In this document: positions 11,660-25,800 of the stretch, piece by piece | How positions within the stretch are numbered: position 1 is the stretch's first letter | How the letters are laid out: each line of letters starts with the position of its first letter | NCBI RefSeq assembly: GCF_033153115.1 | Contig: NW_026889750.1 | Coordinates: 33,604,001 to 33,668,000 of the forward strand | Direction: 5' to 3' | Length of the DNA: 64,000 nt | From: Saccostrea echinata | Lineage: Eukaryota | Notes under the pieces: model-generated | The model's database searches: none | What the model saw: the letters and a program-made list of their open reading frames with translations, nothing else | What the model was told of the DNA's origin: nothing | Translations under genes and position numbers: made by a program

Positions 11660-14394
11660 TTATTTACCTTCGACCAGCCTTTCTTTGCGTCATCATAGGA
11701 AATTGACTAGTGCTGTCTACCCTTCAAACGAAATCAGTAGACGTTTTCCGCTTTGAATAATTATGAGATAATATTCATAGCCTAGGGAATGCAAGGTTTT
11801 CAGACTTGATTTTTAAGAAAACCGATACTTGGTCATAAAATAAAATTACCATTTTTTAATTGACCATTAATTATAAAACCAAAGTATGGCATTATTAATA
11901 TTAGTCATGTCATATTTTGAAAATTTTAGGGGGGGGGGGGGGGCGTGCGCCCCCAAGCCCCACTTAAACCCGCCAGTGGGGGCAGGCCCCCTGAACCTCC
12001 TCTAAATCTGTTAGTGTTTTCTTTCATTATACGGACTTGCAGAATAAGCGAAATACTCCAGACATTTAATAAAAATCTCAAACCCAATCTAAAACGCGTT
12101 GACAAAGTCAAACCAGACGGTTTTAGTTTTTACGGCATTTTTACAGTGATATGAGAAAAGTCGGATAATTGCTGTTAATTTTAAGAAATAAAGTTCGGCA
12201 TTTTTCAACCTCGTTCGTTATAATATAATTTACTGATAATTTTTTTCCGTTAAGGAGGAACACGTGGACGAAGGATAAAAAAAGAGGTATTCTGCATGTA
12301 CATGTACACATCATTGCTATAATTGTGTACTCGGGATTAAACCCAAAATCCTTCGTTACATTGTATTTGGGTATAATTTTCACATGTTCTCAGGCGGATA
12401 ATCATTTATTTTTATCTGTCTAAAGACAATAATTTCAGTTAATATAGAGAAATGTTTTTATTTCGTCGTTTTTTTTCCATCCTTTTGGTTTACACATTTG
12501 CTTTGTACACAAAAGCGTGTGTTCATATACCGCTGTTTCTACACGCTATCGATGTGATCAGGGAGAACATGATATCCTCCAGCAATTTACTTCTTATGAA
12601 AACACTCAATGAAAACATATTAGGTGAAAATATATACACCCATTAGTATCTTAGTACCTTAGTATCGACCTGTTTAATTGCAATGTCACCAACCGTAACG
12701 ATCGCTGGTCAGGACTTGAATATAATTTATTACGGTTATTAAAACAACTCGTCAGCTGAGTGGACCTATGATTTAAACAGTAAAATAGGGAAATTCCAGA
12801 GTTCGAAGTGTATTTATTTTGGGCGCTCTTCCGCACAAAAACAAATTAAATCGCATTTACGCGTACTTACATGCATGTACCAATAATTTGTGTCATGGGT
12901 AAATTCAATTTATTAGATGAAATAAAACAAATGCATAAGATTAATCTTCCTAAACAACACGTTTTTAAAACAATCTATCTGATATAACTGACGGTATAAA
13001 ATAACAAAGAAAATAAAGGGTTTGTATTTGTATTTAATTTGGAATGAGAACAAATCTTAACCTGTCAAATCACTTATAAAACATACTTCGTTTTCCAGAC
13101 ACTAATTGCCATGCGTAATCTTCATATGCACTGACCAAGAGGTCACAAGTTTGAAATGTATGTCTTCTCATTGCGTGAGTTTTGTCAACACCTGTCGGAG
13201 TAGACTATCTAAGCCAATTGTTTCCCAAAGAAAACTGCATAGGAAGGGTTTTTTTGGTACACTTTTTAACGGGTAAAATTCATTCGACGCTCGATAGAAT
13301 TTTCAAATACAAGTGAAATATTGAGGCGGTTAAGTTACATGCGTCCGACCTAGTATTTTGTATGCAATAATATAATTGTAAGTAACGTAGGAAGAAAATA
13401 ATACAAAATCAAAAGTACTTAATTTTATTTTCGATTTTCCTGACAATTAAAAATGTGACCTCTACATACAATTATCGTTTTTAATTATATACATCCTGTT
13501 TAATGTTCATGAAAGAAATAGCAACTCGTTAAATAATAACATAAGAGAGATAAATAAACTGTTTCTTTAATACGCAAAGAAAGTGGTCTTTTCGGCATTC
13601 AAAATGCATTGAATTTGAAGTGAATAAGTGAAAGGCAGTTAAGACTAGCTGATTAAAACGAGCGAGTGATAATTAAACAGTAAGACGGAACCATATGAAA
13701 GATTCGAAATGATTTTAAAGTAATTTTCCACAAAGCGCAATTATCTCAACAATGCAATGTTTATAAGAATAAATATGCAACTTTCTTGTAATTGAGCGAA
13801 TAAAATATAAATCGAAATGTACTAGCGACTTAATCAAAGATATGAAATAATCTGAAAGATTCAACATATTTATCCACTCATCACTTAGTTAAAATGTATT
13901 TGGAATGGCCATTCTATGGTTTGTTTTGTGTATGACCTTAGGTCGCTGGTTCACACGCCGATTGATCCTCGGTGACCTCCTTTGCCACGCGCTATCGAGG
14001 GAGGGGTTACATAATTGTAAACACACGAGGTGAATGTAAAAGGCGTGTACTTAATGGCTGTGAATAGTCTATGTTTAAAGTTTTGTTTTATTTTCTAACT
14101 TTATTGTTTGTTTTTATATGATAAGAAGAAAAGGTTATCTTTTTATCCCTGTTTAGTAGACTGGTTTATCCAAATTTGAAAACAAACGAAATAAAAGGGA
14201 AAGTTGTCAGTAAATAATTTGGAAATAAAGCACAAAATACTTCAAAAACCTGATTCTAAAGAATATTAGCATCTAATATAGCAAGGTTTATTATTTATAG
14301 TAAGTTTATTTTAATTACACACATGAAGAGCTCTTGTTTACTTGCTGAATGAAAACACTTACTTGTATATGTGTTATGCTTCTAGCTCATTTAG

Positions 14395-15073
14395 AACACA
14401 AGACTCAAACAAAATATCATTTTCTTGAGATCAATAAGATGTTAAATAACAACTTTAATTACGGCAGCTATTTCGAAATATTTACCGTTTTTGAGTTATA
14501 AATCAAAAACTTTAAAGGGCCCCAGATCCCTAATTTTAGGGGCCAGACCCTTTTTAGTGGTCTCAAATGAAAGGCCTTAAAATTGTGCACAACTTTTATT
14601 CTACATGTTTTATCAAAATATTTTTAGTTTAGAAGATAAAAAGGAAAATATGTGTAAATTTTCGCTCTTTTTGGCGTTCTAATTTTTGACCCCTCTCTAG
14701 CGCCATTTGGAATACAGAAATTGAAAAACAAAAACCGATGTGCACAACTTCAGTGCTTCTATTATTTAAATTCGGTAGAATTTCTACTCCAGCTTCTGTA
14801 GTCTCTGAGCCTTTGTCTGGAAATGAAGCCTCCTAAATTTTCATTTAAAGGGAGATAACCCAAAAGCGGAGGTGGGTTTTTGAAATGTTTGACAGCATTC
14901 TGATAAAATTTTGTAACGTCTTTAAACCCTGAAAACTTGAGCAAAATCCGTTGAGAAATGAGCAAGATATGAGGTCTCTAAGTTGGCGTCTAGGAAAAAA
15001 AAAAGAATAATAAGAATAATCTTAACCATCAGAATCAGTAGAAGGTCTTCCGCCTGGAGCGGAAGACCTTAAT
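14395..15073 (+). mobile_element. Helentron/HINE-like non-autonomous element
   Basis: (aat/aag)n microsatellite followed by the 3' hairpin aaggtcttccgc-ctgga-gcggaagacctt (~15042-15070). 5' boundary approximate. Confidence 0.55.
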
Positions 15074-15934
15074 TAGCTTACGTCTATCGCCGCACGACAT
15101 CGATGATACCCGTGTCTTAACTAAGGAACTCATTTTCAATTCATTCACAAGAATCTCTTGCACGACTTTTATTTCATCTACACCGCAATGAATTTGCGCT
15201 AGAGCGTCTTTTTTTTAATTTCAATTATTCAAACCTTTCCATAGTTCATTTCAATATTCATTCCGCTAGCTGTGCGTAAATCTTGTGTAGCGTTGGTTTC
15301 AAGAGTAAGTGACGTTAAAGGTTTATGGCCATAGCAACGGGTGCAGGGGGCAAGTGTGGAGGGGGTGCCCCCTACTGCCCCCTTAATTATGCCGATATAT
15401 GATTTACTATTAAAAAAACAAAGCTACCTTAAAGATGTGCCCCTCAGTAATTACGTCTGATGACTTTTTTTGTGCCTACCCAAACTGAAAGTATTTGGAT
15501 GTTTGGCTGATTTTCCACCATTTCATCATTGGACTTCCATTTAGATTTTTTATTTTAGTAAAAGGTTTTTAGTTCACTTATTTTAATGAAAGTGTTTGAT
15601 GTCACATCTTGGCGTATAGATCAGGTATAAACATTTTCAACATTTCATCAGAGGAGAAGAATGCGAGTGGACGATCAGTCAACCTTGAATGCCACTTACT
15701 CTTGAATACGACGATACAGGAAAAAGATCTACGCTAAATGGAATGAATATGGAAATGTACTTTGGACAGATCAAACAACCCAAAGCTAGAAGAATTTAAT
15801 CAAGATGGCTGTCAAGAACATTAAAATGCATGGATATGAAGACGCATATGAGGGGTTAAATGGATTTGTGGATGAACTGAAAATGGATTCCGAAAAGTAA
15901 AGTCATAAAATACAGAAAACATAGGTAATCAAAG

Positions 15935-17278
15935 ATAACGAAGCTCACCTCGACGAATGTTATCTATAAGTAAGGCAAATTTCACATAATATTTCTTTTC
16001 TAGTTAGGGTACATCCCAAGATCAATATCTATGCAAGTTTGGTTTAAGTAGGACTTATAGTTACTTGGAAATAGACCTGCTCAAAAAACTTTTAAGCTGT
16101 TTAGTAATCAAGAAAATCGTGGTGAGTTCCAACATCCAAAGCAAGTCTGGAATTTTTCATCCTTAGATGCACCATCTATGCAAGTTTAATCATAAAAGGA
16201 CATAATATTATAAAGCTTCTCCAAAAAATTACCCTGGTCACTCATCTGGAAAATGTAGGTCAGATTCAGAATCCAAAGCAAGTCTGGAAGTGTCCATCCC
16301 TAGATACATCATTCATGCTAATGTGGTTAAAATATAGCAAAAATTCACTCATGTGGAAAATCTAGGTCAGATCCAGCATCCGAAGCAGGTTGGTCAGTGT
16401 ACATCCCTAGATGCATCATCCACGAAAGTTTGGTCAAGGTAGGGCATATAGTTACTTTGGAACGGGACTGCTCCAAAATCTAAATTTGATCTTACATGTG
16501 GAAAATCTAGCTCAGATCCAGCATCCGAAGCAAGTGTGGTAATGTCCATCCCTGGATGCATCATCCATGCAAGTTTGGTCAAGGTAGGGATTTTAGTTAT
16601 CTGGGAATGGACCTGCTCCAAAACCTTTAACCTGGTCATCCATCTGGAAAATCTAGGTCAAATCCAGCACCCGAAGTAAGTGTGGTAGTTTCCATCCCTA
16701 GATGCATCGTACATGCAAGTTTGGTCCAGGTAGGGCTTATAGTTCCTTGGGAATGGACCTGTTCCACAAAACTTTAACCTGGTCACTCATCTGGAAAATC
16801 TAGGTCAGATCCAGCATTCGAAGAAGTGTAGTAGTGTCCGTCCCTAGATGCAATATGCATTCAAGTTTGGTCCAGGTAGGGCTTATAGTTACTTGAGAGT
16901 GGACCTGCTCCACAAAACTTTAACCTGGTCATTCATCTGGAAAATCTAGGTCAGATCCAGCATCTGAAGCAAGTGTGGTAGTGTCCATCCTTATATGCAT
17001 CATACATGCAAGTTTGGCACAGGTAGGGCTTATAGTTACTTGGGAATGGACCTGCTCCAAAAACTTTTATCTGATCATTCATCTGGAAAATCTAGGTCAG
17101 ATCCAGCATCCGAAGCAAGTGTGGTAGTGTCCATCCCTAGATGCATTATCCATGCAAGTTTGGTCCAGGTAGGGCTTATAGTTACTTTGGAGTGGACCTG
17201 CTCCACAAAAGTTTAACCTGGACGCCGACGCCGGGGGTATAGCATAAGCTCATCTCGACTTCGTCGAGGTGAGCTAAA
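15935..17278 (+). mobile_element. HINE-like element with ~146-bp tandem array
   Basis: Subterminal aagctcacctcgacgaa at ~15941. ggaaaatctaggtcagatccagc recurs at ~16355, 16500, 16645, 16793, 16939, 17085. 3' end has cgccgacgcc plus the hairpin agctcatctcgacttcgtcgaggtgagct. Confidence 0.8.
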
Positions 17279-17279
17279 A

Positions 17280-18456
17280 ATGAAAACCTCTATTGATTTT
17301 AAGGTCAAAAGGTCAAAGGTCAAGATCATAAATTCATTCATTCTGTTTGTGTGCAACACTTTCGTTTCCGGACGATATCTCAAGAAGCTTTGAGCTTTTG
17401 CAATGAAATTTAATGCCACAACCCTATGGCCTTAAGAAGACATTCATGGACTTTGAGGTCTAAAGGTCAAAGGTCATAAATTCATTCATTCTCTTTGTGT
17501 GTTGCACTTGCGTTTCCGGGCAATATCTTCAAAAAGCTTTTGCAATGAAATTTTTAATCACATTTCACTATGGCTTAAAAGAGACCCCTATTGATTTTGA
17601 GATCAAAAGGTCAGAGGTTAAAGGTAAAAAAAAAATCATACATTACAAATAACATTTATCAAATGATAACTACAGTTTTTTTTCTTTCTTTTAGCTTTCT
17701 TCAATAAAATTTTATATCACAACTCCTTATGACGTATAGAAGACCCCTAACGATTTTGAGGTCAAAAGGTCAGAGATCAAGGTCATTCATACAAATGTTT
17801 GTGTATAACACTTTTTCGGACAACATCTTTAAAAGTCTTTGAGCTTTTGCAATGAATTTATGTATATATCAACTCCTTATGGGCGAAAGAAGACCCCTTT
17901 TGGAGGTCTAAAAGTCAAAGGTCATAAATTCATACATTGCAAATAACATTTTCCAGATAATAAGTTTAGGTTTCTTCGAGCTTTCTTCTATAAAATTTAA
18001 TGTCACAAATCCCAATGGCCTATAAAAGAACCCTATCGATACTGAGCTCAAAAGTCAAGGTCATAAATTCATATATAATCTGTGCAGCATTTTTTCCAAA
18101 CTATATCTTAAACAGCCTTTGAGATTTTGCAATGAAATTTTATACCACTTCTCCCAATGGCCTTGAAATAACCCATATTAATTTTGAGGTCAAAATGCTA
18201 AGGTCAGAAATACATATTGCACACATAGTTTTCAGATAATAATTTTAGTTTTTCTGTAAGGTTTTGCACTGTAACTTTTCTTCATGAATTTCGTTAGCTT
18301 TAAGAAGACTCCTGTTGACTTTGAGACCAAAAGCTGAAAGGTCAAGGTTAACCTTTTTTCTTTCTTCATCTGCAATATTGTTTTGTTTTTTTTTCAGTTC
18401 TTCCACCCTCTTTTTTTCCTTAAGCGGGAGACACAAATTCTACGAATTAGCTGTTT
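17280..18456 (-). repeat. Degenerate tandem array (gaggtcaaaaggtca units), probably a HINE remnant in reverse orientation
   Basis: Recurrent agacccc..ttgaggtcaaaaggtca..ggtcataaattcat and gagcttttgcaatgaaattt motifs at ~140-165-bp spacing. Confidence 0.55.
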
Positions 18457-19852
18457 AGCATATTCTTTCAGAAAGTCAGGTTTGTCTTTGTCACTCTTGT
18501 GTACTGCATTTTATTGTTGATGTTATCAGGGACCACAACTAAATATTGCGGAAAGGTAATGCTTCTAAAGGTAAAATAAAATATATTTTGCGGATACGTA
18601 ACATAACTTACTTGCATGTATGCGAAAAGGTAAAAAATGATAATTTCCCCCAAAATTTGCGGAAATGCAATTCGCACAAGAAATCGCCGTGATTCAACAA
18701 CAATTTAAATTTATGGAAGATTGCAATTTCTTTGGAAAACTTTGTATTATACAATCAATATGATTTGTCTATTTCCCTAAATTTGAAAATATGTTAAGTC
18801 CAAGATGACTGCGACTAGATAGAAGAAGGGACAATACGTTGATTGTCAAACACGAAGTCATAGTGCAACTTAAATATTTCATTTCCGTTACTATACGATA
18901 TTAATATTTTAGTTTTATTAGAATTGAATTTCACAAGCCATTTTTTTTCTAAATCATGGTTAGTTAAATTAGTCTTTAACAATATGAATCGAGGCTACTT
19001 TAATTTGAATGCTTGCAATTAAATATGCACTTCGCGCTCGGTCGATATGCTTTTCATGAAGTCGATATATCTATGGATCCCTAAGTTTCTTTTTTACATA
19101 ATCCGTTTGATATTTATGCGTACATCAATATCCCTCCCATCATGTGTTTAAAAGATGTTCCCGTAACCTTTTTGTTTGGAAACACATACCGAAGTGATTG
19201 TGTACTGATCAGACTGGAAAGGCTTACACTGAAGTTTAAAAATAAACTTTTAATTCATAAATATTACACAGAATAAACATAAAAATAATTCAATAGTAGA
19301 ACACTAACACAACATAAAATGTAAATATTGTAATAACAGTAAAAATGTGTAAGTTTAGAGACAAAAAAGTATTTGACCAGATTATTTCTATTGCATTGGT
19401 ATAATTTTATAAGAAATAAAAGCGTTTAACCTGCTTAGAAGTGCTATTAGGATGATTCTAAATTAATTCTAAATAACGCTGCTTGAAGATATTATGAGAA
19501 CGTGTAGTTTAGCAATGCTACTCGACTGAAGAGTAAAAACCACCGGTAACATACATACATGTACAAAAGAACGTAAATTGTACATGTATCTATACACTAT
19601 CTGTATATAGTCAAATACTGGTCATGCTCTGTCTCAATACATAGTAAATGAATTTTATTTCTTTTGCAGAGCATTAAGTTGGTACTTTGCACAACGAAAC
19701 CTAACATCAATAACGCATGTTAATGTGTCTGTGTCATGTATGTACAATCACAGGGGCTAAGACCGTTTTTGATGGCTTGGAATGCTGAAATTTTCAGTAA
19801 CTATGGCGCCATCTCTCCTATAACATAGCCTGGTAGATGATGAGTTCCAATC

Positions 19853-22800
19853 TTATTGGGGGGAGGCTTGCTTTTTGATTTTCTCCACCTCTCTTTCCTC
19901 CAACTCTTCTTCTGTTTCGAGAGATTCCTCATGTTTTTGGAGTTCGAGTTCGCCCATTTCTTTAGCCTTAAGAGCCGATGCTTCGACAGCGTTCATGATG
20001 GTCCCTCGGAACCCCCTGCGCTCCAACTCATGCATGGCTGCAATTGTGGTGCCCCCTGGTGAGCAAACTTCGTCTTTCAGCTGACCGGGGTGTTTTTCAG
20101 ATTCAAGAACCATCTTTGCAGCACCCTAAAAGCAGAAAGTTTTTGTTTGAAGTTTTTAAGAAATTTTAATTATTTCTTAACGATATCATAATGTTTGACG
20201 GCAGACTTACAAATAAGGTCTGTGCTGCAAGTTTTGTAGACATGTCACGGGGAAGTCCCATTTTAACTCCTCCATCTGCCAGAGACTCGATGGTCGCAAA
20301 GGCCTAAAACATTAATTCGCTGATTATTTATATCATGAAAAAGTGAAAAAAAAACAATAATTTTTGGATCTACAGTGAAAAGCAACTGAAACAATATACC
20401 AAACGGTTCTAAATTTAACAGAATCTTCCATTCATTTCTCAAAGACCAGTCGTTAATATGAAAAAACAACGTACATAAGCTGGTCCACTTCCGCTGAGCC
20501 CAGTAACTGCGTCCAGTTTGTCCTCTGTCCCTACATAACACACCCCCACTGTTTGAAACAGTTTTTGTACTAGTGGGGCGTCACCATTGCGTACTGACTT
20601 TCCTGGGGCAATAACTGTAGCTCCCGCATGCACCAAACTAGCAGTGTTCGGCATGGCACGCAGTACACGTGTGTCCATCGGTAAATTCTGAAAATTGTTA
20701 GAAAAGGATTCTAATAAAAAGATATGATTATAAATAATGAGAAAGATTCAAACTAACATAAACTAGATATCATTGAGATGGTGGCCATCTCAAAGGGCCC
20801 CGCTTTCAGCAACAAACATAAAAATGTAAGGTAGCTGAAAAGGGTTTATTTTGAAGAGAAACATTTGTGTACTATTAAGGGATGTGTTGTTTGAGTCTAA
20901 AGGGCTTCTATGTCATCCTTGTTATAATAAAAATGGCACGAAAATCACGAGTGCTCCATACCTCTATCAAAATACGGCTCAAAAATCACGAATGTTACAC
21001 ATCCTCTATGAAAATTGTTGCATATCCTCTATCAAAATATGGAAGAAAAATCACAAATGTTCCGTACCCTAAGTCAATTGGTAAAGTTTGAGGCTGACTG
21101 GAATTAAGAGAAAGAAATTATGCACCGAACAGAGATTTTAAACAGAGAGGCTATTTTTGACCTTGACCCTTGACCTAGAAATTTTGTTCAAGGTCACTGC
21201 ACATCCATTGACCAGTGGCACTCTGTGAGTGAAGTATGAGCCACATTGGACCAATGGTAGAGAAGATATGCTCCGGACAAGGATTTTTCATATAATTTTG
21301 CTATGACCTTAACCTTAGACCTAGAAACATGTTTCAAGGTCACTGCACACCCTTTACCCAAAGACACTCTGTTGGTGAAGTGTGAGCCAGATTGGGCCAA
21401 GGAGAGAGAAAATATGCTCCGGACAAAAATTTAAACAGAGAGGCTATTTTTTACCTTGACCTAGAAACTTTGTTCAAAGTCACTGCACATTTATTGACCA
21501 GTGGCACTCTTTGAGTGAAGTATGAGCCACATTGGACCAAGAGGAGAGAAGATATGCTCCGGACAAGGATTTTTCATATAATTCTGCTATGACCTTGACC
21601 TTAGACCTAGAAACATGGTTCAAGGTCACTGCACACCCTTTACCCGAAGACACTCTGTGGGTGAAGTATGAGCCAGATTGGGCCAAGGAGAGAGAAGATA
21701 TGCTCCAGACAAGTGATTTCGGGCGGACAGACGGACGGACAGACTGATCACTATGTATAGGGCGCCCGCAGAGCGAGGCCCTAAAAAAAAATGGGAGTGC
21801 ACATTTTTTTGAGTGTCACGTGTCGATACATGTACATGTAATTAACACCTCTGAATAGAATTATGGGCGCATTCCATACAAGAAAACCAAAAAAAAAAAA
21901 CTATTGTTATACCTTTAAAAATATGTTCCTATATAAATCAATACTAAAAAAAAGTCTAACATTTCCAGTTTTACTGAGCGGGCATAAAAAAAAAATCGAT
22001 GTATGACAGCGGAGTGAGATATTGGACCTGTCGATATGTTGGACCGCTTACGTCACATAATGGGAGGGGTCAGCTAAATCTCATTTGCATTCGTTGGTGT
22101 TCTACATACATGTATGTCAAAAAAAAAATTAAATAAATAAATAAAAGGTATAACAAAACATTTATTGACTGGGTTCGAGGGCAAAATGCGTTCTGTCGAC
22201 CCCTCGAACCAAACTGTTTGGTTCTTGGGTCCGACAAAACGCATGTTACCCTCGAACCCAGTCAATAAATTATAATGTTCTTGAAACTAAAGTCTGAACA
22301 AAAACTTCATTGATTCTCACCGCCTCAAGGACCTCAAGAGGTACCCCAGCTGCTATTGAGACAAAAATCTTCTCGTTTGTGAAGAAGTCCGAGATTTCTT
22401 GAAGTACATCGGATACTGTATGAGGTTTGACAGCCAGCACTACCAGATCGCTTCTCTCTACCACTTCAATGTTACAGGTAGTGGTAATTATACCCAGTTT
22501 CTGTTATGGAAATAAAATATCATTGCGCATGTATATGAAATGTTTTCCCAAAGCATAACCAGCATGAAGGATACATTTGACAGAAATATCGAAAGTTCTC
22601 AAACTACATTACTGCCATAGGAAAAACGCGCATTTGTAGACTATCCCTTCTTATAGTTAGAGATGCCTACTTGTGGACATGAACACACAGCCCACCCCAA
22701 ACCCAACCCCAATTAAATTCATTACTGGATTTTTTCCCATTTTCTAGCACTTAGTTCCTATGCACTCAAAATGAAAATTCTAAAAAAATGAGAAAAAGCA

Positions 22801-25800
22801 CATTTATAAAATCACGTTTTGTTTTAAAATTGAGAATACTAGTACTCAAGAAGGGGAGGTGGGGACTACCTTTACGTACAAGGATTGTGAGAAGGCCATG
22901 TCAGTAGACAAGAATTAATATCATAATTAAACAAATAAAGCAGGTTTACAGTCTATCTATAGAGAAACTATTGGATTGGACATTACCTTCATGTCTTGCA
23001 GGACTGATTCTGACATGTCACTGGCTATCATCTTCTGTGGCTTCACAATACCTACATGTAAATCAAATGTTTTTTTTAAAAATGCAACGTAACTTCTCCA
23101 ATAAATAATTTATGTTTTTAATGAATTTCTAATATTGTCATTATGATAAAGTTTAGAAACAAGGAAGGATTTTTATCACAGGCTTTAAGATCACTTTAAT
23201 CCGACTTAAAAAAAAAAAAAAAACGGGGTGTTAAAAGAAATATTTTGTTACTTATTTTTACATTTTTGACTGATTTATAACAATTATTTTTGACTGTGAC
23301 TGATTTTAGCAATATTTTAACACCCTATTTTTTGTATGTCGGATTAAAGCGATCTCAAGGCCCGTGAGTCTGACACAAGAAAAACCGAGCAACCCCTAAA
23401 CTTAATCCTCGTTCAGTTCTTAATGCATTATTACACATCGTTTGAAACATTAAGAAGAAATTCGCTTCCTCAGTAATTGTTTATTAAGAAATAAGGTATC
23501 AATTTTAAACATTTATCAGGAAATAAATACGGGTTGGTCACGTGAGCAAATACCATAAAAGACCGAAAGGCTTTAAGGTAAATTTGATCGCGTCGTACGG
23601 TACCAACCCGTAGCTCTATTTATATTCCGATAAATATTTTAGAATGATACTTTATTACTTATCACAGACCTTTAGATCGCTTAAGGACCCTCTATACGCT
23701 AGAGGAAAATATTTTTTGGACATTGAAAAAATTATAGTATGTAAAGGTATAAGCATTGAGCTTATCTATCACATTTTCAACATAGTGTGCCTTGCATTTA
23801 CCCCCAGGAAAAATGTTCAAAGACAATGAAGTACTGATGAACAGAAATCACTGTTGTTTACTTAAGTGGACAAAATACCTGCAAATGAAATGTTCTATCT
23901 ATTCCTCTTGGCCTGTTGAAGTGTTACGAATGCTTAATTTAATAAAAATTAAGTAATAAACTTTACATTGCAGTTTATTTTCTTCTTGATCAAAGGGCAG
24001 ATCACTCTTTCTGCATAAAAATACCACAAAATCAGAACTCTTTAGTGTGCAGTGTATAGAGGGCTCTTTATCCGACTTACAAAAAAATTTGGGTGTTAAA
24101 AAAAATACCCCAAATTTTTTGTAAGTCGGATTAAAGCGATCTAAAGGCTTGTGTTACTTACATTTACATTTGTGACTGATTTATAACAATTATTTACGAC
24201 TGTGATTGGTTTATAACATTTATTTGCTATCATAGTTTTTAACCCATGAAATGATTTATTTTCTACTCTCAACAGTATAATTTGAATGTGTTGAACACAG
24301 TATAAATTGAATGTGTTGAACACTTCCAGCACTTAGGACGTCACTGTGAAATTGCGTCGCTCGTTTATAAATTTGTGGTCATGTGACGAACCTGGTTTTA
24401 TACAAGTTTAATGTACTGTTATATAGGGGGGAAACATGTAAATCTGTAAGAATAAACAAATTGATTCAATTTTATAATTTAAAATAATGTGAACAAGCAC
24501 AACATCGTGTCTTATTTCAGTCAGTACATTTTCTCATTTTTTCTTCATAATCTAAATGTCGCCCGCGTGGCGCAGTGGTTAGAGCGTCTGCTCTAGAGTC
24601 GCGAAGTAAGGAGTTGATCCTTACGTCGCGGGTTCGAATCCCACTGTGGGACTGGTCCTTCGGATGAGACCGTATAAACCGAGGTCCCGTGTCGCAGTAG
24701 GTGCTGGCACGAAAAAATCCCTCACTGCTCAATGGCCGTAAGTGCCGAGTATAGGACAAAATTTGCAGCTCTCCACTGGCAAGTGGTGGCGTTTCCATAT
24801 GAGTGAAAAATTCTCGAGAGGGACGTTAAACAACATACAATCAATCAATCATAATCTATATAATGTGCATTGTGTCTTATCTAGGTTTTATATAATATTA
24901 CTATACATGTGTAGTAACAGTATTTAGTCAACATTTCAAAGCCAGCGAAACTTCCACATTTACTTTTCATGCAGCTAAATCAGTATTTCTATTATGAGAC
25001 GACGATTTGAGAAACACAAGTCAATGACCCCACTGTTCCATGACTTATCTCTAACCATTAAGACCCAGTTAAAATAAATGTAGGTCTTTGGCCTACTAAC
25101 ATAAGCTGGCATTTTGTAGATCCACGCCTTGCCTTCCGCTACATTTACAGCATATATACGAGAAAATCTCTGCAATGAGTCATTTTCAGTATACTTCCTC
25201 AAAGTCATTTCCTTCCACGAGAGTTTTGCATTGGCAAGGTCACAATTTAGAAAGATCAATGGTGTGTTGTATTGTTTTTATGATAAATTATCATAATTAT
25301 ATTACACACTACCACCATCATCCAACTTCTGAGATTTTTTTCTTTAATCCAAATAATTAAAAAGTATATATCTCGGCACAGTAAATTTACAGAATATATT
25401 AAACAATTTTTGGCATATTGTTCACCACAATATGTAGGTAGATCAGAAGACAACGGTGTCAAAATTAACAAGTCACACCCACCCACCCGCCGCTGGCTAA
25501 AACATGATGAAGATATACTATCTATATTTTTTTCAATATTTCGTGAAACACGTACGTTTATCTGTTTTGAAAATTGCACGCACGTATCTATAGTGCATGC
25601 ATATTTTTTTTTGGAATCAAATAAATGTAAATTGATTTTTATTCTGCTTCTAAATTCAATTATCAAATTATATGTTGTTTTCTTATTTGATATACTACTG
25701 GCATATATTTATACATCCACTGAAAAATTTCTCCTTTATTTTTCATGAAAACCGGCCAATATTGTTCATGATGTTAAACACTTTACTTAGAACTAATTTA

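Noticed and set aside
15620-15900. Purine-rich stretch resembling coding sequence (..MHGYEDAYEGLNGFVDELKMDSEK)
   Set aside because: Multiple stops, no recognisable domain or consistent splice structure; at most an unidentifiable pseudogene fragment.
24558-24650. tRNA-like sequence with A and B boxes (also at 5420-5515 on the - strand)
   Set aside because: It is the head of a SINE: it continues into a shared body and simple-repeat tail, has TSDs and occurs in multiple copies. Not called a tRNA gene.
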